Shown here: positions 49,799 through 63,108 of the stretch, piece after piece
Layout: each line of letters starts with the position of its first letter
Numbering within the stretch: position 1 is the stretch's first letter
Assembly (NCBI RefSeq): GCF_963921235.1
Contig: NC_086106.1
Coordinates: forward strand, 23,746,001-23,810,000
From: Mobula hypostoma
Lineage: Eukaryota
Length of the DNA: 64,000 nucleotides
Direction of reading: 5' to 3'
Program-made: the position numbers and the translations under genes
The notes under the pieces: model-generated
What the model saw: only the letters and a program-made list of their open reading frames with translations
Databases searched by the model: none
What the model was told of the DNA's origin: nothing

Positions 49799-50811
49799 TT
49801 CTGCTGTTTGTCTTTTCTTTCTTTCGGGAATTTTAACCCAATCAATTTACTCCGTCCCAAATTTAGCGTTCAAAATCGCGGACGAGAACCCCACTTATGT
49901 TACGTACCCCGTAACTGGGTTGCCAAACCAGCAGAAATGGATCACTCAGTTGGAGTCTGGAGTACTAGAACTAAGAAAGTTTTATTAAAGAAACAAGCAA
50001 CACTGTAATCGAAAGGATAATAAATGCAACAGTTCAGTGATGATAAACACACATGTGCACAGAAGTAAGATAACAGCATCAATCAAGCTCTATCGTTGTC
50101 TAGGGGTAAATGACCAATTTCAAAATGACTCAAAGTTCAGTCCAGTTAGTAGTTCAATTCGCAGTAATCGTTGCCATGGCGATGGACAACGTGGGGGAAG
50201 AGAGAGATAGAATAGGAACAACTGATCATTCAGAACACTGCTTCACTCACAGACCAGCGAGATGGCTCACAGACCAGCGAGATGGCTCACAAACAGCTTT
50301 TGGGCGGGTCCTTGGTGATGTCACCTGAGGTCACCGACTGTGACCCCTCCTCCAGATTAGGTCGATCCTCTGCAGTGAACCCGGCACCCAGGCAAGGGCG
50401 GACACACATCGGGTTCCCGCTGATCGTACCTTTCCACCCTTGTCGTTGTCTGATACTTCTCACCCACTCGTGAGAGGCGCACCGCTTCCAGGGTCTCGTT
50501 ACCTCGGGTGGCGTGTGTGTCCCTGTCTTAGCGAACCTGTCCCTTTTTATCCCCCTGCTGGGGTATCGCCTGTCCATCACTTCAAACAGTTCAGGGTTCA
50601 AAGGGGGGGAGCCGCTCCAGACAGCTCTCTCTCCCACATCCCTTCATTACACATCTCCAGACGCTGCTCCATTGTTCCTTATCTCTCCTTCCCCTGAGGG
50701 CAGGTGGGTGCCACTGATGCTAGCCCAGGCCAGCAAACATCTTAATTTTATGTGTATTCTCGTAACACAAAGAATAACTAAACACAAAAAAAATCAACAA
50801 CAAAGACCAAC

Positions 50812-50851
50812 ACTCACACACACACACACACACACGCACACACACACACAC
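50812..50851. repeat. (CA)n microsatellite
   Basis: Direct reading, with one CG interruption. Confidence 0.9.
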
Positions 50852-52329
50852 AAGAACTGAAAAAAAGAACACTTATTATTCAATATCATCCAACGTGTGT
50901 GAACACAAAAAGTGTAAATACATAATGATAAACATTAAAAAATACTAAGTACATGAACTGTATGTTATTGAAATAGGACTGCATAGGCCTTGGAATCAGT
51001 ATTTTTTTTGTAAAATCAGTGCAGACGTCCGCGTTGGTTCAGGAGCCGAATGGTTGAATGGTAATTATGGCTGAAGGAATAGACAGCGGTATAGACGAAG
51101 GGAGAGAAAGAGTTTTTAACTAATAAAGGGCTCTAGTACTGATCCAGATAATAGAGTGAATTGAGACAAAAGTGATTGAAGTGCACATTTTCCTTCTTTT
51201 TTTGATGATGTATACTAAGTGGAGCAGTATTTATCACGGTCCTGTCATTTCTTGAAACTATTGCTGCCTCTTTTGAAAGGCATCCGCACTCCGGGTGCAC
51301 TCACTCCGCACACTCATTTCTTCTACTTCATACTTTCGATTTAATCTTGTGCATTTGTCAATGCTTGCGCAACGTCACAGTGCATCTGATCGAACACATG
51401 AGATGAGTGTTTCCTCAATGCACTCATAAAATTATCAATACAGAAGAAAATGTTGTATTAAATTTGAAATTAAGGGGTTCCCTCAGTATTTACAAATGTA
51501 AATATAGGTTGTGAGAGGGTCACAAGGAAGTCATGCCAGGAAGTAGTTAGTTGGAATCCTTATAACGTGAAAACAGTCAACTGATCCCGTTGTAAGAAAA
51601 TTAAACCATCCATATCCGTCAAATGCTACATAAATTATAACAGCTTCAATGCACCCGAAGCGTCTTGCTTTCCTTCTCTAGACATGCAAAGTATTTGGCA
51701 ATTGATCTACTTTTGCCACGTCCATCGTGTGGCAGTGAATATATTTTGTTTCTGTAACATTCAGGCGATCAGTTCATTCATGAATCCACCAAGATGGCAA
51801 AAAAAAAAACACAATGTATAACTTACGAATGCTGTACCTAAGGAATTCTAGTGCTAGTAGTCGTTCACGATTCTAATCAGTGCCAAAAAGTAGCGTCTCT
51901 TGAAGTTTGTTGTTCATCCAGTCACGGTTTTCAGTCATCTGCAGATGAGAGTCTGAAGAAGAGCTGATATCCGGCACTGCAGTAGCCCTAGAAAGAATTG
52001 AGTGCATTCCTGAGAAGCAGCACTGCGAGACGAATATAATTGAAGTTTTGTTGCTTTATGTAATATACTTGGCGACACTCACAACGCTCTTTCGTTTCCG
52101 TCTCTCGCTTTCGTGCATCATGATGGATCCTTTCTAAGGTGTCCTTGGACAAACATAGTAAGGGTCGTCGCTAAAATGCTACAGTAGTTAACCGTATTGG
52201 GAGTAGCTGTCCTGGAGTTCGAATTAGTCCAAACAGCCCAAGTGACTGAACGACGAAAACAGTCAACCACACTTAGACCTCGGACCTCTTCAGATTCAAC
52301 GATTCCCAAAAAGCAAAAGTGATAGAATA

Positions 52330-52622
52330 GGAAGTGATATATTACCGTAATTTCCACAATCTACATGGTGCTCCTACCACCACACACACATGCAAGTTGA
52401 CTTCCTACCTGTAAAACTCGCTAAATTCCTCACGGATCGCTCTCTCCGTGATCCGCTTGTACTTTGACCCTCCCTACTGACCCTCCTGGCACATATCCAT
52501 ACAAGCTTAATACATGCTACCCCTGCCGGTTTACCTCCGCATCAGCACCACACAGGAACGAAACCAAATTATCATTCCAGGTGAGGAAACAATTTACTGA
52601 CAAATATGTTGGGGTGATTCCT
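52330..52622 (+). mobile_element. Penelope-like element fragment (region leading into the GIY-YIG domain)
   Basis: PGTYPYK..C..C and FQVRKQFTDKYVGVI resemble the C-terminal region of vertebrate PLEs. Degenerate. Confidence 0.5.
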
Positions 52623-54552
52623 TACAAGGTGTGTGTGAAAATAGCTACTTTTTAATCAGGGCGGCAATAGAATTTTGGAGGTATACTTCCACGGCTGCAT
52701 TGTTCTCACTACAGGAACGACCAATCAGAAAAAAAAAAAAGATTCATTAGAAAATATCAATGGGAATACATCATGTGCAAGCAGAGCGGCTTTACTTTGG
52801 ATGGACATGATATAAAGTGCGCCGGTGTTCAGAGTTTCTTTGGCCGTTCAGGCTTAGGCGATATAATGCTAGGATGAGGTAAATTGTCTTCTAAGTTCCT
52901 CACTATCGGTATTTCTTCATTCCACGTCTGTTAACGCATGGTGGATAAGTTAGAATGGATACAGATGCAGTGACTGGTACTCTGTCTAGAATGTGGGACT
53001 GTCTGTGTCCCAGATACACATGTGTCACAACTTCACTAAATCGGAAATTATGATAGAACGTATTAAGGACATGGACCTGCAGTTCAATAATCTTGGACTC
53101 ATATGGGGAATTGAAGAGGTGGTGGACATGAGCTACAAAGAAGTTAATAATATTTTGTCTCCAGGTTTCAGGAGAAAAAAGAAAAAATCACAACAGTGCA
53201 AAGCACTTGTGTAGCCCCGCCCCTCCATTATAACTTCAAACGTAATTGATGTCGAAAACCTAACAGGGGAGAGCCAGAGTAACAGGGCTCTGGCACCGAG
53301 TCTGGTGCTGTGGCTCAGAAGAGCATCGAGATGAAGAGTATTGCAGCGTTGGTAAGAGTCCATAATTTGCTGAAAGGCATCGGGTAGAATATCTTGTTTC
53401 ATATTTACGAGATGAGGAGGTACTGAAGAGAGAATTTAACGAGCTTTTTATAAGTTTGTAAATCCATGAAACAGAACCTCCAGCGTATTAATCTCGGAAT
53501 TCCTGTCCGTGCCACATGCCATTGGTGTAAAACTAGATTCATTTGGCAGATGAATGTGCGGCTAATGAACTGGTGAAAGGGACAGGATTTTACAATTATG
53601 GATCATTGGGATTTCATCTGTCAGATGTATGAACTATATAAATGGTACGGGTTACAACTGATTCCTAGGGTATCAAATACCCTTGCCAGATGTTGGTTAG
53701 AGTTGTCCGGGTTAATTAAAGTAACTTAGCAGGGCGGTGTGAACCTGAACGATAATTCTGAAAATGAAGTAGTCAGTTTACAAACGCAGGCAATGTGTCT
53801 TGAGACCCCAAGACAGGAGAGGTTAATGATGGGGAACCGTGCAGTCGACAGAATGTTACACAATGTATAAGTGGTACAAAACCCGTAAAGAAATAAATTT
53901 CTTTATTTCAATGCGTATGTTATACACTTATAGCAAAGTTACAGATCGGCATGTCTGATGTTCTACGGAAAGTGAATCAGGCCGAAATATGATTATAGCT
54001 GGGAGCTTTATGTCCAAGCATACATTTTGATTCGATAAGTCAGGCATCCTGGTAATTTACCACACATACACTGGGAATCCCATACTGTAAAAGGGCAGGT
54101 TAGTTTGGAGTTTGCAAAGTCTGTGCAAGATAGTGCTTGGCAGCAATACATAGAGGTACCAGTTAAGGAAAGGGCAGTGTTGGATCTCTTGTTACGGAAT
54201 GAAATAGGTCAGGTGACGGAGGTATGTGTTGGGAAGCACGTCGGGTCCGGTGATCACAATGCCATTAGTTTCAATATAATTATGGAGAGGGACAGGTCTG
54301 GACCCTGGGTTATTTTTTTTTTATTCGAGAAAGGCAAACTTTGAGGAGATGCGAAAGGATTTAGAAGGAGTGGATTGGGGCAAATTGTTTTATGGGAAGG
54401 ATGTAATAGAGAAATGGATATCATTTAAAGTGTAATTTTGAGGGTACAGAATGTTAGGTTGAAGGGAAAGGTTAAAAGTTCAAGAAAGCCATAGTTTTCA
54501 AGGAATATTCGAAACTGTTTCGGAAAAAGAGATTTATCTACAATAAATATAG

Positions 54553-55539
54553 AACATAGAATAGTGCAGCACAGTACAGGCCCTTCGGGCCACAATGTTC
54601 TACCGACCCTAAAACCCTGCCTCCCTGATAACCGCCCACCTTAAATTCCTCCATATACCTATTTAGTAGTCCTTTAAGCTTCACTAGTGTATCTGCCTCC
54701 ACCAGTGACTCAGACAGTGCATTCCACGCACCAGTACGCATGCGCCGGTCATGCATGCAGTCTGGGACAGCCGTTCCGATCTATTATTTTACTTTCTTAT
54801 TACGTTTAATTTACGTTATTTTTTGTATTTTTTTTTCTCACGGTAACACGTCGAAGCTGCACCCTCTCTAATATGCTGGTAGAGAGAGTTTTATTTGGGT
54901 TTTCTTCAGCGCTGGAAATGGTTACATCCCGTCACGCGGGACAGAAGCAAGGTCGCATTGTGTATTCCACGGACCAGCAAAGACCGTCCGGCTTAGCGGC
55001 AGACACCCCTGCTGAAATGCGCAGGAAAACACACAGAAGATGCAGAGGCGGATCACAAAGGCGAGGAAAGAGGATCGGGTCGAGACAACAGAGTTTTGGA
55101 GAGGAGGAGTTAGAGTTCGGTGGGTCATACCGTTCCGGCTGACCGGAAGTGCACCGAGAGCGGTAAGCGTGAAGGATTTGGGTGCTTACTGATCCAGCTA
55201 ACAACGAATGGTGTAATTCCGGGGTATATTACGATCGAGGAACGTGTTTTGAGACTGGATACTGAAGTTTTTTCTGTTGGACTTCGGCCACATTCCACCG
55301 TGATACAACACTTGACGACACGGGAGGTCGTTCCTGCCTGTGGCCATCGAAAGTGCAGCTCCTCCCGTGGAGGGTCAGACACCCTGAGCCAATAGACTGG
55401 TCCTGGACTTATTTTCCATCTGGCATAGTTTGAATTTTGTTGTTTGACTTTTGTTTTTTTTTGTATTGCTATAGTTAGGCTCTATTCTTGGTTGGTGCGG
55501 CTGTAACGAAACCAAATTTCCCTTGGGATTAATGAAGCA

Positions 55540-55592
<53 letters not shown>

Positions 55593-58120
55593 GTCTGTCT
55601 GTCTATCTATCTATCTAAAACCACTCTCTGAGTAAAAAAAGAACTTTCTCTAATATCCCTCTTAAATATCCCACCCCTTACCTTAAAGCCATCCCATCTT
55701 GTTTTGAGCAGTGGTGCCCTGGGGAAGAAGCGCTGGCTATACACACTATCTATTTCTCTTATTACCTTGTACACCTCTATCATGTCTCCTCTCAGCCTCC
55801 TTCTCCCCAAAGAGTAAAGTCCAGCTCCCTTAATCTCTGATCATAATCCATACTCTCTAAACCAGGCAGCATCCTGTTAAATCTCCTCTGTACCCTTTCC
55901 AATGTTTCCACATCCTTCCTATATTGAGGCGACCAGAACTGGACACAGTACTACAAGGGTGGCCGAAACAGAGTGTTATAGAGCTGCATCATTACATCGC
56001 GGCTCTTAAACTCTACCCTCGACTTATAAAAGCGAACACCCCATAAGCTTTCTTAACTTCCCTATCCACCTGTGAAGCAACTTTCAGGGATCTGTAGACA
56101 TGTAACCCCAGATCCCTCTTCTCCTCCACACTTTCAAGTATCCTACTGCTTACATTGTGTTCTGCCTGGAGTTTGTCCTTCCAAAGTGTACCACCTCACA
56201 CTTCTCCGGGTTGATCTCCATCTGCCACTTCTCAGCCCACTTCTGCATCCTATCAATGTCTTTCTGAAATCTTCGACAATCCTCTACTCTATCTACAATA
56301 CCACCAACCTTTGCGTCGTCTTCAAACTTGCCAACCCACTCTTCTACACCCACATCCAGATCATTAATAACAATCACGAAAAGTAATGGTCCCAGAGTAG
56401 ATCCTTGTGGGACACCATTAGTCACAATACACCAATCTGAATGTACTCCCTCCACCACGACCCTCTGCCTTCTGCAGGCAAGCCAATTCCGAATGCACCT
56501 GGCCAACCTTCTCTGGAACCCATGCCTTCTGAATTTCTGAATAAGTCTACCGTGTGGAACCTTGTCAAATGCCTTACTGACATCCATATAGATCATATCC
56601 ACTGCACTACCCTCATATATATGCCTGGTCAACTCCTCAAAGAAATTTATCAGGCTTGTTAGACTCAATCTGCCTTCACAAAGCCATGCTGACTGTCCCT
56701 GATCAGACCATGATTCTCTAAATGCCCAAAGATCCTACCTCTAACAATATATTCCAACAGTTTCCCACCACAGACGTAAGGCTCACTGGTCTATAACTAT
56801 CCGGACTATACCTACATTTTTTTTTAGAAGGGGACAACATTCGCCTCCCTACCATCCTCCGCTACCATTCCCGTGACAAATAGGACATAAAGATCCTTGC
56901 CAGAGGCTCAGCGATCTCTTCCCTCGCCTCATGTAGCAGCCTGGGGAATATTCCGTCAGAACCCGGGTAACTATCCGTCCCAATATATTTTAACAACTCC
57001 AACACCTCCTCTTCCTGAATATCAACATAGTCCAGAAATTCAACCTCACTCATATTGTCCTCGCCGACATCAAGTTCCCTCTCATTGGTGAATACAGAAG
57101 AGAAGTATTCGTTGAGGACCTCGCTCACTTCCATAGATTTCAGGCACATCTTCCTACCTTTATTTCTAAGCTGTCCTGGCGCACTCCTGTCATCCTTTTT
57201 TTTCCTTCTTCACATCATTGAAGAATGCCTTGGGGTTTTCCTTTACCTTACTCGCCAAGGTCTGCTCATGCCCCCTTCTTGCTCTTCTCAGGCCCTTCTT
57301 AAGCTCCTTACTTGCTTCCATATATTCCTCAATAGACCCATTTGTTCCTAGCTTCCTAAACCTCATGTATGCTGCCTTCTTCCACCTAAATAGATTTTCG
57401 ACCTCACTTCTCACCCATGTTTCCTTCACCCTACTATTCTTTATCTTCCTCACCGGGACAAAATTACCCCTAACATCCTGAACAGGTGTCTAAACATCGA
57501 CCACATGTGTATAGTACATTTCCCTGCATCCCAATTCATACCCGCAAGTCTAGTCTTATAGCCTCATAATTTTCCCTCCCCAATTAAAAATTGTCCTGTT
57601 CTCTCTGATTTTATCATTTTCCATAATAATGCTAAAGGCCAGGGAGCGGTGGTCACTGTCCCCTAGATGCTCACCCACTTCGATATCTGTGACCTGACCC
57701 GGTTCATTACCTAGTACTAGAACTGGTATGGCATTTCCCCTAGCCGGTCTGTGCACATACTCTGACAGGAATCCGTCCTTGACACACTTAACAGACTCTG
57801 CCCCATCTAAACCCTTGCAACTAATCAGGTGCCAATCAATATTAGGGATCATGAAGTTATCCATGATAACAACCCTGTTATTTTTCATCTTTCCAACATC
57901 TGCTTCCGATTCTGCTCCTCTGTATCTCTGCTGCTACCAGGGGGCCTATATAATACCCCCAATACATTAACTTCTCCTTCCTGTTCCTGAATTCCATCTG
58001 TACTGACTCAAAAGTGGATTCTGCTACATTATCCACCCTTTCCGTTGCTGTAATAGTGTCCCTGACCAGTAATGCCACCCCACCCCCCCACCCCCGCATC
58101 CCAATTAAAGCACTGATAGG
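54553..58120 (-). mobile_element. CR1-type LINE (endonuclease-RT-3' tail) inserted in reverse inside the host LINE
   Basis: ORFs 57556-57888 (GDSDHRSL), 56862-57149 and 56150-56668 (MDVSKAFDKVPH..GVPQGSTLGP..FEDD). Tail near 54553. ATAG occurs at both junctions. Confidence 0.82.
54734..55616 (+). mobile_element. Internally deleted Rex1/Babar-like non-LTR element with a (CTAT)n tail
   Basis: RIVYSTDQ..RRKTHRRCRGGS basic N-terminal motif. The long CTAT tail spans ~55537-55616. It interrupts the minus-strand CR1 3' end. Confidence 0.55.
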
Positions 58121-58835
58121 ATAGGCAGCATGGAGTAAATGAGGTGCTCGAGGAATATGAAGATTGACAGAAAGGAATCTTAAGAAAGAAATTATAAAAG
58201 CTCAAAACAGACACGAGGTTGCTTTGGCAAGTAAGGTGAAAATAAATCCAAGGGGTGTATACAATTATATTAATAGCAAAAGCATAGTCAGGGATAAAAT
58301 TGGTCCCTTAGAGAATCAGATTGGACAGCTATGTGCGGAACCAAAAGAGATGGGGAGATTTTGAACTTTTTTTTTTTGGTATTCACTAAGAAAAAGGAAA
58401 TTGAATTGGGTAAGATAAGGGAAACAAGTAGGGAAGTTATGGAAAATATTATGATTAAAGAATAGGAAGTACTGGCGTTTTTAAGAAACATAAAAATTGT
58501 TAATTCTCTGGGTCCTAATAGGATATTCCCTAGGAACTTGTGGGAAATTTGTGTAGAAATAGCAGAGGCTGTGACAGAAATATATCAAATGTCATTAGAA
58601 AAGGGGATGGTGCCGCAGGATTAGCATATCGCTCATGTTGTTCCATTGTTTAAAAAGAGTTCTAAGAGTAAACCTAGCAATTATCGGCATGTGAATTTGA
58701 CGTCAGTGGTGGGTAAACTGTTTTGAAAGTATTCTTAGAAATGGTATTTATAAACATCTGCATATCCAGGGTCTGATTAGGAATAGTCAACATGAATTTG
58801 TGCGTGGAAACTCATATTTGACAAATTCTATTGAA

Positions 58836-59450
58836 TGTTTAGATTATGAAGACACGCAGTCCTCTTTTATTGTCATCCACTAAGGCATGCATTAAGAAAT
58901 GATACAATATTTCCCCCGTTTGATATCACAAAACACAGGAAAAAAATAACAAAACCACAAAAGAACAACATATCACTACAACAGTGCAACAATGCCATAA
59001 CTTGATGAATAAGTCCATGACCACAGTAAAAGTTCAAAGTCTCTCAAATGTCCCACATCTCACGCAGACGGGAGAAGGAAGAAAAACTCTTCCAGTCATT
59101 CCCGACCACGGTCCGACTGTGAGTCATCCGAAAACTTCGAGCTCTGATCAGCTCTCCGACACCGAGTACTGAGCGCCAGCTCTATCCGAACGAATCGACT
59201 TGCTTCTCGGTCGCTAACAGAAAGCAATGCCGGGGATTTTGACGCCTTGCCTCCGAAAGATTCCCGACGGCACAGTAACGAGAGTAGCGAACGAGCGTTT
59301 CAGATTTTTTTTTTCTCCAGCTGTTCCTCTGTGAAAATCCCGTTCCTCTCCATCAAATTGGAATTGTCCACGGCCCCTGTTTAACGGCTACGATATCATT
59401 TTTCACCGGAAGGCTGCGAACGCGCAGCACGCTGTTTTCTCCCGTCCCTC
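58836..59450 (-). mobile_element. Short non-LTR/SINE-like insertion in the host CR1
   Basis: Interrupts CR1 between ..TATTGAAT and TTTTTGAAGAGG. No ORF. Family unassigned. Confidence 0.45.
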
Positions 59451-60123
59451 TTTTTGAAGAGGTTACAAGGAAAGTTGACGAGGGTAACGTGGTGGATGCT
59501 GTCCATATGGACTTCAGTAAGGCCTTTGAAAATGTTCGCTACGGAAGGTTAGTTAGGAAGGTTCAAACATTAGGTATAAATATTGAAGTAGTAAAGTGGA
59601 TTCAGCAGTGGCTGGATGGGAGACAACAAAGTGTAGTAGTGGATAACTGTTTGTTAGATTGGAGACCGGTGACTAGTGGTGTGTGTCAGGGATCTGTACT
59701 GGGTCCAACCTTAATGATATGGATGATGGGGTGGTAATTTGGATCAGTAGGTATGCAGATCATAGTAAGATAGGTGAGGTTGTCGAGAATGAAGTAGGTT
59801 TTCCAAGCTTGCAGAGAAATTTTGGCCAGTTAGAAGAGTGGGCTGCCAAATGGCAGACGGAATTTTTTGCAGATAAATGTGAGGTACTACATTTTGGAAG
59901 CACTCATCAAAATAGGACGTGCATGGTAAATGGTAGGGCATTGGAGAATGCAGTAGAATAAAGGGATATAGGAATAGTGGTGCATAATTCCTTGAAATTG
60001 GAATCTCATGTGAATTGGGTGGTGAAGAAAGCTTTTGGTGAAGAAAGGTGGCATTTGCAAAATCAGAACATTGAGTATAGGAGTTGCATGTATTGTTAAA
60101 ATTGAACAAGGCATAGGCAAGGC

Positions 60124-60290
60124 CAGGGGCCCACAACTTTTTTAAACTGCGGACCAGTTTAATATTGACAATGTTCTTCTGGACCGGCCGATCCGTGGTG
60201 GGGAGGGGGGTGGGTACGGTTGCCAACGCACAAGAGTAGCATGCATTACTAAACGACAATAAAAGGGGACTGCGTTTCCTCATAATCATA
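60124..60290. mobile_element. Possible hAT/MITE terminal fragment
   Basis: CAGGGG..CAACTTTTTT..GCGGACC start resembles non-autonomous hAT ends. No partner TIR found. Confidence 0.3.
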
Positions 60291-60299
60291 ATAATAATA

Positions 60300-61405
60300 A
60301 TCACAATGTGTGTATGACCGGTTGTCTGTGCTCGGTATCAGATGTCGGAGGTCCAGGAGACTCCCTGCCTCCTGGACCCCCATACCTGCACCAGGTGTGT
60401 CGAGCTGCAGCTCCTTAGGTACCGCGTTCGGAAACTGGAGCCGCAGTTCGTTGGCCTTCGTCCGGTCAGGGAGAGTCAGGTGGTGATAAAGAGGACTAAT
60501 AGGCAGGTAGTCACGCCGGGACCACAGGAGACAGATAAGAGGGCTATCAGGAGAGGAAAGTGCAAGAAGCAAGTACTAGAGAGTACGCTAGTGCCTGTAT
60601 CCCTTAAAAAATGAAAACTCTTGCCTGAGTACTGTTGGGGGTAGGGCGGGGGGCGTCCTTACTTGGGGAAGTGTTGTGGTTGCCCTTTGGCAAAAAAATT
60701 GACCCTGTGTTTCAGAAGGGTAGGGAAAAGGAAGAAGATTGCAGCACTGATATGGGCCTCTATACTTAAGGGGTCAGAATAGCGATGCTGTAGACGCAGA
60801 AATGAAAGGCGGATGGTAGTTTGCCTCCCAGGTGCCACAGGCCGGGATGTTTCTGATCGCGTCCACCATATCGAAGTGGAAAGGCGAACAGCCAGGCGTC
60901 GTGGTACATATTGGTGCCAACGACTTAAGTGGGAAACAGTAGGAGGTCCTGATAATAGACTACAGGCAGTAAGGAACGAAGGTGAGAAGCAGGACCTCAA
61001 AAGCAGCAAACGCGGGATTACTGCCACTACCACGTAACAGCGAATATAGTAATAGAATGAGGTGGAGGATAAATGCGTGGCTGACAGTTTGGAGCAAGGA
61101 ACAGGGATTCAGATTTCTGCATCATTGGTAACTCCTCTGGAGCAGGGGTGACGTGTACAAAAAGGACGTGTTGCACTGGAATCCGAGGGCACCAATATCC
61201 TCGCGGGAAGGTTTGCAAAGGAAATTGTTCAGAGTATAAACTAGAATGGTCGCGGGGGGGGGGGTGCCGGGCGGGGGGCAGTGACAACTGAACTGAAGTG
61301 ACGGAGGAAGGGGAGGTCGGTTCTCAAATACAGAAAGCTTAGAGGCGTTGCGAAAGGGAGGATCGGCTGCTGATAGAGAAGTGGCGTGCTCAATCCGATG
61401 GTTTG
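60300..61405 (+). mobile_element. CR1-type LINE ORF1 fragment (zinc finger/leucine zipper plus esterase)
   Basis: HTCTRCVELQLLRYRVRKLE and MVVCLPGA..RDVSDRV motifs. Confidence 0.7.
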
Positions 61406-63108
61406 AGATAGAAACATAGAAACATAGAAAATTGGTGCAGGAGTAGGCCATTCGGCCCTTCGAGCCAGCACCGCCATTTATTATGATCAGGGCTGATCAT
61501 CCAACTCAGAACCCCGCCCCAGCCTTCCCTCCATACCCCCTGACACCCGTAGCCACAAGGGCCATATCTAACTCCCTCTTAGATATAGCCAATGAACTGG
61601 CCTCAACTGTTTCCTGTGGCAGAGAATTCCACAGATTCACCACTCTCTGTGTGAAGACGTTTTTCATAATCTCTGTCCTAAAAGGCTTCCCCTCAATCCT
61701 CAAACTGTGGCCCCTCGTTCTGGACTTCCCCAACATCAGGAACAATCTTCCTGCATCTAGCCTGTCCAATCCCTTTAGGATTTTATACGTTTGAATCAGA
61801 TCCCTCCTCAATCTTCTAAATTCCAACGAGTACAAGCCCAGTTCATCCAGTCTTTCTTCATATGAAAGTCCTGCCATCCCAGGAATCAATCTGGTGAACA
61901 TTCTTTGTACTCCCTCTATGGCCAGGATGTCTTTCCTCAGATTAGGGGACCAAAACTGGACACAATACTCCAGGTGTGGTCTCACCAAGGCCTTGTACAA
62001 CTGCACTAATACCTCTATGCTCCTGTACTCGAATCCTCTCGCTATAAATGCCAGCATACCATTCGCCTTTTTCACCGCCTGATGTACCTGCATGCCCACT
62101 TTCAATTACTGTTGTATAATGACACCCAGGTCTCGTTGCACCTCCCCTTTTCCTAATCGGCCACCATTCAGATAATAATCTGTTTTCCTATTTTTGCCAC
62201 CAAAATGGATAACTTCACATTTATCCACATTAAATTGCATCTGCCATGATTTTGCCCACTCACCCAACCTATCCAAGTCACCCTGCATCCTCTTAGAATT
62301 CTCCTCACAGCTAACACTGCCACCCAGCTTCGTGACATCCGCAAACTTGGAGATGCCGCATTTAATTCTCTCATCCAAGACATTAATATATATTGTAAAC
62401 AACTGGGGTCCCAGCACTGAGCCTTGCGGTACCCCACTAGTCACCGCCTGCCATTCTGAAAAGGTCCCGTTTATTCCCACTCTTTGCTTGCTGTCTGCTA
62501 ACCAATTCTGCACCCACACCAATACCTTACCCCCAATACTGTGTGCTTTAAGTTTGCACACTAATCTCCTGTGTGGGACCTTGTCAAAAGCCTTTTGAAA
62601 ATCCAAATATACCACATCCACTGGTTCTCCCCTATCCACTCTACTAGTTACATCCTCAAAAAATTCTATGAGATTCGTCAGACATTATTTTCCATCCACA
62701 AATCCATGCTGACTTTGTCCGATCATTTCACCGCTTTCCAAATGTGTTGTTATCACATCTTTGATAACTGACTCCAGCAGTTTCCCCACCACCGACGTTA
62801 GGCTAACCGGTCTATAATTCCCCGGTTTCTCGCTCCCTCCTTTTTTAAAAAGTGGAGTTACATTAGCCACCCTCCAATCCTCAGGAACTAGTGCAGAATC
62901 TAACGAGTTTTGAAAAATTATCACTAATGCATCCACTATTTCTTGGGCTACTTCCTTAAGCACTCGGATGCAGACCATCTGTCCCTGCGGACTTATCTGC
63001 CTTCAATCCCTTCAATTTACCTAACACCACTTCCCTACCAACATGTATTTCGCTCAGTTGCTCCAACTCACTGGACGCTCTGTTCCCTACTACTTCTGGA
63101 AGATTATT
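61406..63108 (-). mobile_element. CR1-type LINE RT and 3' end, fairly young
   Basis: ORFs 62685-62978, 62106-62639 (YLDFQKAFDKVPH..GVPQGSVLGP..FADV) and 61506-62105. The tail is (AGAAACAT)n. Confidence 0.9.

Larger units (their letters stand above)
45868..50767 (-). mobile_element. Gypsy (Gmr1-like) LTR retrotransposon with two LTRs (45868-46753 and 49898-50767), internally deleted
   Basis: LTRs run TGTTACG...CGTAACA and are nearly identical. 4-bp TSD CAAA. PBS TGGGGTTCTCGTCCGCGAT (49875-49893, tRNA-Pro-like). PPT AAAGGGGGGAAG (46754-46765). Confidence 0.93.
52960..60120 (+). mobile_element. Host CR1-type LINE in three pieces (52960-54552, 58121-58835, 59451-60120)
   Basis: ORF1 zinc finger/esterase remnants, endonuclease AVLDLLL.NE.GQV..V..H.GSGDH, then RT VDAVHMDFSKAF..GV.QGSVLGP..YAD. 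The pieces join contiguously across the insertions. Confidence 0.75.

Noticed and set aside
51376-52086. Isolated CACAGTG (51376) and CACAACG (52080) heptamers
   Set aside because: No nonamer at either spacing and no V, D or J coding context.
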